Source: Mytilus edulis
Lineage: Eukaryota
DNA length: 64,000 bases
Reading direction: 5' to 3'
NCBI RefSeq assembly: GCF_963676685.1
Contig: NC_092350.1
Span: 20,274,001 to 20,338,000, forward strand
Positions 53,313 to 64,000 of the stretch are shown here, piece after piece. Position 1 is the stretch's first letter; each line of letters opens with the position of its first letter. The notes beneath the pieces were generated by a model, which saw only the letters and a program-made list of their open reading frames with translations, was not told the origin of the DNA and did not search any database. A program made the translations under genes and the position numbers.

Positions 53313-53974
53313 TAGGGCTTCCCTAAATGAAAATATATTAATTTATTTATTTTATTTCATATAATAGAGCTTCTCTATTATTAAAATAAGAAATGAGTTA
53401 ATATTTTTATCTAGTATTTTAAAATTTAGGGCTTCCCTAAAAATAAAATTTCTCTAGATAATATTATTTATCTTCCTGATATTAGATAGAGCTTCTCTAT
53501 CTATAATTATTTTTTTCTAAGCTTGTTGTCCCTTTATTCTGCTCTTTCCTATGTCCTATATTAGGGCTTCCCTAATAGAATTGATCGTTAAGTTGTAATC
53601 TCCTTTCTATTTATCCGGACGAATAGGGCTTCCCTATTCATCTAAATAATTATGAAGTATGTTAATGTTAGATAGAGCTTCTCTATCTATTCTAGGCCCC
53701 CTATTATTTGTTCTATACTTAGTTATGCTAGCTATCTCTGTATGGTCTTTTATGTTGTTAATTCCTAGAAAAACAGGGCTTCCCTACTTTTCTAATATTT
53801 TATTCAATTTTTTAAATAACTTTTTAATTTATGATCTAATAGGGCTTCCCTATTCTTTTTATTATTTGAGTGATGTTGTTGATTTTCCTCTTTGCTTTAT
53901 AATTAAGGCTTCCTTAATTATATTACGCAGAATAATTCGGATCTAGTATGTTAAACAAGGCTTCCTTATTTAAC
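53313..53974 (-). repeat. Array of 11 stem-loops with invariant G-AAG-C loop and unique spacers; two more at 54877-54899 and 54965-54979
   Basis: Loop centres at 53319, 53371, 53433, 53493, 53568, 53630, 53679, 53780, 53846, 53910 and 53962; stems of 5-13 bp vary in sequence but stay paired. Confidence 0.92.
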
Positions 53975-54015
53975 TGTTTTTCTTGTTTTTATTGTCTATT
54001 TTGCTGGCTATTTAA

Positions 54016-54810
54016 TTAACATCCTTGCTCTGACAGTTCAAGTGCCAAATCTATGAATTTCAGCATCCACAATTCATTTACAGCTCTTATGGGATGTACT
54101 CCGTCCGATGTTAGGTTGAAATTCTTTCTATATTTAACTTTAGTGTCTCTTTTTGTCTTGTTTGAAAGGATAAAATCTTGAGAAATTCTTGGTGTAGAAT
54201 AAAGGCGATTAATCAATTTTAGGTGATCGTTGAAGTAGTCAATCTGTTCGCTTAGTTCTTTGTCTATGTTTGTTGCCAATTGGACTTTTCTGTGACCTTT
54301 GGTGGCTTTATTTACCAGGAGTGACGGATATGTCTTTTTTTTACTATTCACAATTAAGTTAATTGAATCTTTAGGTTTATTGGCCCTTGTGATCGAATAG
54401 TATGGACACTCTATAAAAAGCACTGTGGCAGATGGTTTTGTTGTTATGATTTGTTGTTTGAGATCCCTATATTGTGTTAAAGTTTCTTCTATATTTTGAT
54501 ACGGTGATTTTCTAAACTGGATGGTTTTGTTTATCTTCTGTGTAATTTCACATGTACCTAGCCAGATCAGTATTATTGGGTGATCCAAATCTTTCACCGT
54601 GTCTATGAGTGATTTTATGTGTTTTTTGTTGTCGATCGATCCTCCTCTCTTATACAACACTTTAAATTTTTGTCCAGTTGATTCTGGGATATATTCTTTT
54701 AGGCCCACCCCTTTGCTGTCCGTGAACAAGATAGTGTCTCTTTCCAGGTGTGCTCCCCTAACCCTTTGGTATATCTTTTTCCTCTCTTTAATTATCTTCC
54801 TCACAGACAT
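54016..54810 (-). CDS. Stand-alone SGNH/GDSL esterase-like ORF (ORF0) of the LINE, 264 aa
   Basis: Block I-like ILFTDSKG, block II-like KRGG, block III-like IWLGTCEI and block V SDGVHP, so Ser-Asp-His triad candidates are present. Confidence 0.8.
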   Translation of the reverse strand: MSVRKIIKERKKIYQRVRGAHLERDTILFTDSKGVGLKEYIPESTGQKFKVLYKRGGSIDNKKHIKSLIDTVKDLDHPIILIWLGTCEITQKINKTIQFRKSPYQNIEETLTQYRDLKQQIITTKPSATVLFIECPYYSITRANKPKDSINLIVNSKKKTYPSLLVNKATKGHRKVQLATNIDKELSEQIDYFNDHLKLINRLYSTPRISQDFILSNKTKRDTKVKYRKNFNLTSDGVHPIRAVNELWMLKFIDLALELSEQGC

Positions 54811-56264
54811 ATATATAATGATTGTTACTACGACTGTATATTACTTTAATAGACTATAGCACAAGCGGTGTAAATGAAAAATAGGGCTTCCCTATTTTTT
54901 GTACACAAACAGTATTATTCTAGGCGAACGCAAAAAACGAAGTATATAAATACAAAATATAATGATAGGGCTTCCCTATAATTATATAATTTAAATATCG
55001 GAGCAGAAAAGCGCAAAATACAGAATATAAATGTCAATTAACAATATGAATGTCCGGTTTTTCGGCAACGTGGTTTGACCACCAAATTCTGACGAAAGAT
55101 GATATAATCTACATTTTGGTGTTGGGATGATCAAAATTTTGTGTATATGCTATATAAAGGTTTTGATGATTCGTAAATGATGTTTTTGTTTATGGATGTA
55201 CACTGATTACCAACAATAACCACGGATTTAAATCTGATTTCTCTTAGCTTTTTCTTTCACAACTTCTAACCGGAACCGGAAGCTGTTATACATATATGTA
55301 TAACAATACAACATAATTAAGCTCTGTAGAGCTTTTATCCGACATATAAGCTGTCGTATAAAAGCTGAAGTTCAAATTATGGCATAGTAGCCCACATCTT
55401 ATATTTTTTACACAATTTATATAGTTCTATAAAAGAAAAGCAGAAGTTTTAGAAGCCCACTCCAAATTTTAGGGGCAAATGGGCTAATTTCAAACCTGGA
55501 TATTTAACCATTTGTTAACTGGATTTGATCAAAAGTTGCATATAAAGTGGGGTGAGTTGGTAAGGTAGTTCCCACTTGGATTTTCAAGAGTTTAGGGGGG
55601 GGGGCTATGATGAAAATGTTATCCTGCATTGTCGTTACTCTTTTTTTTGGGGGGGGAGGGGGGGTCCAGCTGGCTTTTAGATTTTTACTCAAAACTCGTC
55701 CTCTATATTTCAATTTCATCCAACCCCCAACCATCAAATGATAGATGAATGAGACTGAGCTCCCTAAAAAAGAGTGGAGCAATTTAAAAAAACAGCCGCG
55801 TTGTTAAAAAAAAGTGGGGCGTTTGGCGTTTTACCAGTGGGGCGAGCTTTATACTTGCTTCCGTTTTTGTCAATTTTTGACTGATTTTCGGGGTTTACAT
55901 GCATGACGTGGATAAAGTGACTATATATTTTATGAAAGTATAAAACTAGTCTAACATCGTCCTAAAAATGTGCATGATTATATTTACCTTTCATTGGACA
56001 AGTACAAAAAAGTTATCCGGATACATTTTTGTTGCGATGACTTTTTTAAATGTATGTTTCGTTCTCCGGTTTCTTCCAGTTAATCGGTAATGTAACCCAT
56101 TTCAGTATATCTGTTTACAATAGCTTTTTGAACCATCTGTTTGAAAAACAAAAGTTCTTTGTATCAACTGTCTGACCATTCAAACATCAGCAGACGAGCG
56201 TCCTTTCGCGTCATACTATACAAAACGACCACGGTGAAAAGATTTCCGGTTTTTCCGTATTAAG

Positions 56265-56430
56265 CTCGGGATTTCGGGATTTACCCCATCGGGATCCGGG
56301 AATTCTTTTTTTCAAATTTCGGGATCCGGGATTTAACTTTATTTAAATTCGGGACCTCGGGATTTCGTGTTTTTAAGCCCGGGATTTCGGGATCAGGACC
56401 CCTCCTACCCCCCCCCCCCCCCCCCTCATA
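56265..56430. repeat. cgggat-rich repeat end ending in poly-C (MITE fragment)
   Basis: About ten copies of cggga(t) within 140 bp. Confidence 0.55.
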
Positions 56431-56868
56431 TCATTTATGTGAGAGTTAACTTAGTCTGGAATCGAGAATGGGGGATTTAATAAGGACAAAAACAAATTTA
56501 GTTAAAAAGCAAAAATATAGAATAAAGGATCATTATTCTCAGAGCATATATAGTGTCTCTGGAAGATTCATGAGAATAAAGAAAAACTAAATAAAGGATA
56601 TTCAATCAATTATCTATTATTTATAACTCATTCACATTTTGTTCCATTCATAATTAAATAACTGTGCTGAGGGGGGCATGATGGTGAAGTTTGGAAAATT
56701 GACAAACGAGAATTACTCAGGCTAAATCATAGAATAATTAAATGTAACTGTTAGACAGTTAGAGTGTAATAAATAAAATATCATGTACATATATTTTACA
56801 AAATGAGGTCACAGAAAACACAGATTTTTGTTATTACTAATAAGAGTCTGCAATTTGAGTATCACTGT

Positions 56869-58297
56869 CAGTGGCGGTTCCAGAGGGTGGGGAAAAAGGG
56901 GGGGGGGGCGTAAAGGGGCATACGCCCCCTTTGCTTGGACTTTTTTTTTGTAAACTGATTAATCAGACAAGACTTCAAGACAAGACTTCGAGAACTTTGC
57001 CATTTCCCGTGTATTTTTTTTCATGCGACAATTCTTTACCTTGAATAAATGATGTTTTTTGCTGGTATTTACTGATTATGTTAAAGTCGCGTGATTCTCT
57101 ATAGTGGAGTTGACCAGTTCGCCGTAAAAACGTCACTCAGTCATTTTAAAATTCAAATTACAGTAACACATGGATAGACTGAGGATGACAATCATGACAT
57201 CTTCAAAGCGACACAGGATTGAGCAAGAATGACTGTATTGACTTCTATTTTACAATTCCACGAGACAGAAACGGTTATACTCTATTACACTTTCATAAAA
57301 AAAAAAAGCAATATTATTTACCTACGAAAACATGTGTTACCCAAAACGCCTCAGCCTATTTTAACTAGAAATAACATAGCTGAATGATGATCCTCAGTCA
57401 ACATAAGCTCTAGATACGAACCATTTGTTTGAGAAGGCAGTCTGAGATATTTGAAAGAAAAAATCTGACTGGTTTTTGCCTTTTAAAAACAAAAATTATG
57501 GCCGTTTCTGGATTGAAAACAATAATCTTGTCCACTTTTTTGCTTTAAGAAACGAAAATTTCGAACAGAATTATTTAGCATTAAATAAACATGATGAATA
57601 AAAAACCGGGCATATTTTTTTGGGGCGGGGTTTTGCATGTGTGACTGGAATGTCAACTTGTTTCGCCGAACTGATATATATTATATTTAATACCTTTTTT
57701 CAAGACCATACTGCAAGCAGCTGCTCAGTGGTTGTGGCCTTTATGTCTCCATTTGTCGATCGTCATTCATAAACTCGTTGTCATTTTAGACTTATTCGTA
57801 GCCTTTGGTTAATTTGGAACCCCTCACTTCCCTTAATTTTATTGGTTGAAACATTTGGATAAAAATTACTTGTTTGTCTTTCTTAAATCGTGTCAGTCGT
57901 ATTGTAAATTTCATCGAATAGCCCGGCGTATATCTGGTTTACAACAAGAAATCTGTGAGGTTATTCTAACTTAACATACAACAAACGAGAGTTTTCCATG
58001 TCTATTTTTTGCTGACAATTCCCACATGTAATTATATATCAGTACATAGCTTTGGTTCCATACTATCATTTTATGAAAGACAAATAATAGGGAGAATACA
58101 GCATAAAAATTTAAAATGTCCAAACCTTACACTTTACACCAACTTTAAAATATACATGCCCAAATAGGGAACCATTAAAAATATGCATTTTACACTTATT
58201 TTATATTTTTTAGCCCCAAGAAGTCCCATTTTCTTCAAAAAAATCTTTAAAAAACTTCGCTCCACCCCCCCTTTCTAAAATTCTGGATCCGCCCCTG
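56869..58297. mobile_element. Long member (1.4 kb) of the CAGTGGCGGATCC TIR family
   Basis: cagtggcggttccaga ... tctggatccgcccctg; TSD not clean. Confidence 0.6.
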
Positions 58298-59682
58298 CAG
58301 GCTGTGACCGTGTTGTCAGTGAATTAGATAGTTTACTATAAATCTGACAGAAATTCAGTTAAGAATCTGTGACAATTTGGATTTTCCTTGTAATATTATT
58401 AGGAAATGTCCTATAAATATAAAAAAAGAAGATGTGGTATGATTGCCAATGAGACAACTATCCACAAGAGACCAAAATGACACAGAAATTAACAACTATA
58501 TAGGTCACCGTACGGCTTTCAACAATGAGCAAAGCCCATACCACATAGACAGCTAGAAGTTTCAAATTCCTACTGCCTCATTCGCCTCCTTCATTTAAAA
58601 TTACATCATACGCGGATCCAAAACGGAAGGGGGGGGGGGGGGGCTAAATGTTGGACTTGATCTGTTTGTCCAAGGTTAAACAATATATTTTGTTTTATAA
58701 TTCTCAACTCATGTACTATGCAAACATTTTTAACACTATCTTCTCATTATATTCAACAAAAAGCTCACCAGTTCTTACAAAATGTATCTTCACATGTTTG
58801 TCAAATGACCAATCAAATCAAAATTTATTACTTACTAAATTTGCCGTGAAATATTCTAAAACATAAGTTGCCAAATGTTGAAGTTCCTAACTGTTTATAA
58901 TTCACAGTACCTGAATTCACTCATGTATCCCCCCCCTTCTTTTGAGAAAAAAATTGATTGATTATATAAGGAATCACTGAAGCATTACCGGAGCGGCCCC
59001 CCTCTTAGGCAGCCAATGGGCCCCCACTTATGAAAATTTCTAGATCAGCCACTGCTTATGAAAATAGTTGGATCCGTCACTGGCACAATTTTAGTTTTAT
59101 GTCATCGCAAGTCCAACGGGTTACTGTTGTTTTTATCCTCATTCTTTTGACTTTTCTCAATTTATTCCAATTTATGGCTGTAATTAACTACTACTTTAAT
59201 TGGTATCCAGTACCGTACGGAACGAAGTATGTAGACTAAGTGTTTGTCGTGATTTAAACACGATAGTAGTGTTTCTTTCCCCTAAACATCATGAGCCGCA
59301 TTGAACAGGAAAGATAACCTCAGACCCCAAACAGTTACACTCTGAAACATTTTCAAGTACTTTCTATATGCTCATGTGTATTTTCTTGTTAGCATAGTTT
59401 TGTACTTGGACAGATACTCAGAATGATCAACAATCATGTATTGGCAATGTTAATTGGTCACGTTTGTTTGACAACAACCAAACCAGGTAATTTTTAATTT
59501 TGATAGCCTCACATGTCATGCATGTACAATGTTAATGTATATATACATTCAGTCATTTTTATAACACAAGGGTTACAAATAAGAAAATCCTAAATAAGAT
59601 ATGCAAATCTATAACCAAGTGCCATAACTTACTGTATGAAGCACCTGTTTGTTCTGAGACTACTATAATACATATATATATA

Positions 59683-59850
59683 CAGGGGCGGATGCAGGAA
59701 TTTTCGAAAGGGGGGGTGCTAACCCAGGGCACCCAGGGCAAAAGGGGGGGGGGGGGTGCAAAACATATGTCCCGATACAAATGCATTGATCGGCAATAAT
59801 AAAGGGGGGTGCGCACCCCCGGAAACCCCCCCCCCCTGGATCCGCCACTG
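59683..59850. mobile_element. GC-rich MITE (CAGTGGCGGATCC family) in a TA microsatellite
   Basis: caggggcggatgcag ... ctggatccgccactg. Confidence 0.82.
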
Positions 59851-60507
59851 ATATATATATGTGTGTGTAACTGTAATAGTATTCTCAGATTTAGTTTAAG
59901 AATTATAAGGATTAAAGACATTGTTCAAACTCACAAACTTTACCAACGGACTTTACTCAGTTAGTGAGTTAATCGCCCTGGTTTATACATCACTAACCTT
60001 TAGAAAAAATGTTAAATCCTAAAATCATTGAGATATTTAATACTGATAAAGCTATATTACTATATTAGTCCTTCAAATTAATCTAGGTATCTGAAATTTG
60101 AAATCAAAGATGTATACACACATATATATTTACAAATTCCACCCTTATGACTCTACAAGAGATAAATATAAAACTTTTTGTAGTTGCATCTAATCCACTA
60201 TCAAGGGAGATAATTTATGCCAAATGAAAAGATTGGTAATAAAATCTTTTGATGATTATATGTGCCCCTTTTATGGAAAATCTTAAGACAAAGGTGAACA
60301 GCTTTAATGATTAAATTCTTCAAATAGAAAATGGAATAGATATTGGAATACATAAAATTCAGGTGAATTTGTATCTCATACTTGTATGTTACAAAAATTG
60401 AACTCAAGAATGTTTGTTATTGTGAATTGTTCACATGAATTTCATTGAAATTAGATTGTATTTAACATGTTTAACGTAAATTAAGATTTTCAATGGAATA
60501 CATGTCT

Positions 60508-60668
60508 CAGTGGCGGATCCAGGGGGGGGGGGTGTTCCTGGGGTTGGAACCCCCCCTTTTTTTTGGACGATCAATGCATTTGAATGGGAGCATATAGTTG
60601 GAACCCCCCCCCCCCCTTTACTCTGGGTTGGGAACCCCCCCTTTTTAAAATGGCTGGATCCGCCACTG
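60508..60668. mobile_element. GC-rich MITE with 5-bp TSD TGTCT
   Basis: tgtct|cagtggcggatccag ... ctggatccgccactg|tgtct; perfect 15-bp TIR. Confidence 0.88.
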
Positions 60669-61087
60669 TGTCTTGCAAGGTATAAGATGTTAATAAACAA
60701 TTTTAATTTTTTAATTTTTAATTTAATTTTTTTTTATGTGAATTTCACGTGAATAATCTATCGTAAAAATCCTGTGAAAAATTTTAATTTAACAAAATTT
60801 GCCTGTGTAATTTACACATGTGTTACACATGCGTTTTACTATACATGTGTTACACATGCAAATATCGCATGTGTCACATGCGTTATCTAACACATGCGTG
60901 ACACAGGTGTATTTCTGACACATGTGATTCACATGCGTGTGTTACGCATGTGAACGCATGTGTACAACACATGATTCCCATGCGTGGCAAGAAACATGTG
61001 TATTACGCATGTAACACACCTGTGACACATGCGTTTTTAGGCACATGCGTGACACATGTGTGGCATTTTTGCCCTAGTACGAAGAAT

Positions 61088-62211
61088 CTATACATCAAGA
61101 CCATTGTGTATTATTTGAGAAGTTGATACGGAATATTTATCAACAAGGTCTTGGTACCTTCCGATGAACTTTTTTAGAAAAAGAACGAGACGTTCTTTGA
61201 CATACCCCTGTTTCATCAACTTTCTACTCAGACACTGATGACGTATTACAAAGTCTGAGTAGGAGCTGCAAGCTCTTGAATATCGAATAAGTTGGGAAAT
61301 ATATATCCCATATGCAGGTGAAGTTGGTATATTGCTACTAAGGTGGGGGAAATTTATGGTTTCAAAATTAAAATCGTCTCGTTTGTCATAGATTCTGATA
61401 CTGAGATGACTGTGTAAGTCAAATTCGAGATATAAGTCTAAAAATGAGGCGGAGGAAGCCGTGTCTGTTGTTTCTTTAATCTCTAGTTCTGGGGGATATA
61501 TTAATGGAACCCAATCAGAAAAGTTCGGATTGTTTATGGAAAGAACATCATCAATATATCTGAAAGTGAAATTAAATAATCTGGCTTCTTTGATTCTCTT
61601 GTTTTTTACAAGTGTCTGGAGGAACTCCGATTCATATGAAAATAAGAAGAGGTCGGCAAGAAGAGGCGCACAGTTTGTTCCCATAGGAATGCCGACAATT
61701 TGTTGGAAAAGTCTACCTCCAAACTCAACAAATATGTTGTCGATAAGAAACTCCAGCATACTGACCACTTGTTCTTCTGTGTAGCATATCTTACCTTTTT
61801 GTTTGTCACTATTTACGAAATATGCCTTATGAAATCCCAAAGTAATAAATTTATAGCGTATGCTACCATTTTTATTTCTTTAAGGCGATTTTTCAATTTC
61901 ACATGGGGAATGGTGGTATACAGGGTTGAAAAATCAAAAGTTTTGATGGAACTTATTTCAGAAAAAGACCGAGATTTAAAATTGTCTAGAAGTTCTTTAG
62001 AATTTTTAAGAATCCACATATGGTTAATACCACTACGCGAGTAAACAGTTTCACAGTATTTCTGAAGACCCTCTTTCACTGCGGACAGAATTTTAGTCAA
62101 TCTAATGGACAATTCTTTAGTAGAACATGAAGATGAGCCAGCAATATACCGTTGTTTGTACGGAATTTTATGAAGCTTTGGTATCCAATACAAACAAGGT
62201 AAGTCCTCCGA
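61088..62211 (-). pseudogene. Penelope-like element reverse transcriptase, 5'-truncated, with one frameshifting deletion near 61873
   Basis: LYWIPKLHK..YKQRYIAGS, TFDFSTLYTTIPH, QIVGIPMGTNCAP, FRYIDD, YDKRDDFNF, SNIP..PAYGIYISQLIRY. The two track ORFs (61813-62193 and 61088-61840) join at LKEI / KNGSIRYKF. Confidence 0.88.
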
Positions 62212-63068
62212 TTAAGTGTCATCAAAATAAGCAGACTGTTTGTTTCTATGGTATCTTTTATTTCAAGTTCAACTAGATAGATGTGTTGACCAATTATCTA
62301 AACATCAATATATTTTTATATTTTTGTTGCTAATGGGCAAATAATCCTTTCTATATATTTTCAATATCTATGAATAATAAGTTAGCTACTATTCAAAAAA
62401 TATTCTTGATTTTAATAGACTTGTGGCTATTATAATTTATATCAAATAAAATTAATGGGGAACGTTACCAAATGCTAAAACTTTTCTAGTCATCTGGTCG
62501 GTACTGCTACCTATGTAAGCTATCATTCTTTCCTTTGGAAGGATCCTCGAATTGCATTTAAACACATTTTAAAATGTTTAAAACAACATGGCAAACAGAC
62601 AATGATCCTTTCCCTCATATATGTACATTGATGGTGACATTTTATTAGAACAACAAACGTCATGTGAAATTTTCCTTTTGCGTCAGTTTCATGTTTGGTC
62701 AATACGCAATTTTAATGTCTTGTTGAATAACTTCAACGAGCTCATTACTTTTAAACAAATTACATTGATCAAAAATTAATCTCACAAAGTTTGTCATGCA
62801 GGCATAAACAAACTTCAAAAATCAATTTTGTAGATTCTTCAGAGTGGGACAACTGTATGACAGAAGAAACATCATTTTGGAACTACAGATTGCCAAATGT
62901 AACTAATTAGATCGATATTAAACACACACTGGACGTGACAGAGTATATATATACCCATAAAAACTAAAAAGACACAAAACACATATCTTAGAGTACTCAT
63001 AGTTACTGACAGCTAGGTTAGTTTAAATCTAATAACTACTAATAAAATAAGCATGTGTCTATGACTAA

Positions 63069-63208
63069 CAGTAGCGGAGAGGGGTCCGGGAATTTAATCC
63101 CCTTTTCTGACAATCAATGCTTTAACCTGGGAACATATGGTTGGAATATCATCTCTCTTTTACTCCTAGGTTAGACCCTCCTTTTAAAAATGACTGGCTC
63201 TGGCCCTG
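63069..63208. mobile_element. Degenerate GC-rich MITE with 5-bp TSD ACTAA
   Basis: actaa|cagtagcgga ... tctggccctg|actaa; interior resembles 60508-60668. Confidence 0.75.
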
Positions 63209-63366
63209 ACTAACAATCGTGCATTAATTTACCATATGAATAGACATTATTAAATTAATCTAACGAGAGCAATACTGTGTACATATCACAGACAAGCAGG
63301 AAGTCATCATCATCTTCCAATAATTGTCAAGAGTCGAAGATGACTGTAGATATTGAAGTCTATCAT

Positions 63367-64000
63367 GATGTTAGATGTACTGTGCTATATACATTCATAA
63401 ACAAATAGTGATGTTAAATGTACTGTGCTCTATACATTTATAAACTAATATTGATGTTAAATGTATTGTGCTCTATACATTTATAAACAAATATTTATGT
63501 TAGATGTACTGTGCTATATACATTCATAAACAGATAGTGATGTTAACATGTTAGATGTACTGTGCTCTATACATTTATAACACATATTGATGTTAGTTGT
63601 ACTGTGCTATATTCATTCATCAACAAATAGTGATGTTAGATGTACTGTGCTTTATACATTTATAAACAATAGTGATGTTAAATGTATTGTGCTCTATACT
63701 TTATAAACACATATTGATGTATTGTGCTCTACACATTTATAAACAAATATTGATGTTAGATGTACTGTGCTCTATACATTCATGAACAAATAGTGACGTT
63801 AAATGTACTGTGCTCTATACATTTATAAACAAATAGTGATGTTAAATGTATTGTGCTCTATACATTTATAAACACATATTGATGTTAGATGAACTGTGCT
63901 ATATACATTCATAAACAAATAGTGATGTTAGATGTACTGTGCTCTATACATTTATAAACAAATTTTGATGTTCAATGTATTGTGCTCTATACATTTATAA
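63367..64000. repeat. 43-bp tandem satellite, about 15 copies, continuing past the window end
   Basis: Unit gatgttagatgtactgtgctctatacatttataaacaaatagt at 63367, 63410 and onward. Confidence 0.95.

Larger units (their letters stand above)
49211..55283 (-). mobile_element. Apparently full-length CR1-type non-LTR retrotransposon with three ORFs
   Basis: Three intact co-oriented ORFs, a very short 3'UTR ending in an (ATCATTAAGT)-type tandem tail at 49211-49240, and the same hairpin motif on both sides of ORF0. The 5' boundary is approximate and no clear TSD was found. Confidence 0.88.
38431..60807. mobile_element. Inner CAC-terminated TIR element (CMC-like), 22.4 kb including nested insertions
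   Basis: Perfect 17-bp TIR cacaggcaaattttgtt / aacaaaatttgcctgtg, TA on both flanks, subterminal TTCACnTGAA-type motifs at 38450-38640 and 60355-60780. Confidence 0.78.
37950..61079. mobile_element. Outer CACT-terminated (CMC/EnSpm-like) TIR element with CACATG-rich subterminal arrays, interrupted by a 22.4-kb insert
   Basis: Left end cactggtaaaaatgccacacatgtg; reverse complement of the right end tactagggcaaaaatgccacacatgtg. CACATG/CATGTG-dense arrays at 37950-38340 (with a 135-bp duplication at 38067/38202) and 60810-61070. Confidence 0.75.

Noticed and set aside
53313-53974. Calling the hairpin/spacer array a CRISPR array
   Set aside because: Eukaryotic retrotransposon context, no cas genes, the conserved repeat core is only about 11-13 nt with variable stems, and spacer lengths vary too much. 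The resemblance is architectural only.
49393-54859. Plus-strand ORFs of 62-120 aa overlapping the LINE
   Set aside because: Antisense shadows of the long minus-strand ORFs, or AT-rich chance frames with no motifs.
55089-55120. CTGACGA resembling a hammerhead core near the LINE 5' end
   Set aside because: No GAAA after a stem II, no closing stems, and it is on the antisense strand of the element.
59559-60752. Gly/Pro-rich ORFs (MADPGGGG...)
   Set aside because: Translations of G/C homopolymer-rich MITEs.
1-64000. tRNA, rRNA or prokaryotic operon features
   Set aside because: No recognisable cloverleaf, rRNA-like conserved sequence or operon structure was seen by eye; a covariance-model scan was not run.

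Overview
AT-rich eukaryotic genomic DNA with spliceosomal introns. The repeat families and gene content suggest a bivalve mollusc, probably a Mytilus-type mussel; this is an inference. Three host genes are supported. (1) A spliced radical-SAM gene of the ArsS/rSAM-SeCys (arsenosugar biosynthesis) type on the minus strand, 7 exons visible (9631 to 239), running off the window start. (2) A divergently oriented ependymin-related (EPDR) gene, 11166 to about 15941. (3) A single-exon Mab-21/cGAS-like receptor (cGLR) ORF, 19954-22107. The rest is mostly nested mobile DNA: a foldback element, a deleted Ginger2/KRBA2-type transposon carrying a Harbinger fragment, a repeat with an intact minimal hammerhead ribozyme, two nested 22-23 kb CAC-terminated TIR elements, Helentron-like elements with internal satellites, many MITEs, Penelope-like RT remnants and a 43-bp satellite. 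The most striking object is an apparently intact CR1-type LINE (about 49211-55283, minus strand) with three ORFs: a stand-alone SGNH esterase, a PHD/RRM ORF1 and an APE-RT ORF2. Its 5' leader and ORF0-ORF1 spacer hold 13 covarying RNA hairpins with an invariant G-AAG-C loop, separated by unique AU-rich spacers; 11 of them form a regularly spaced array.
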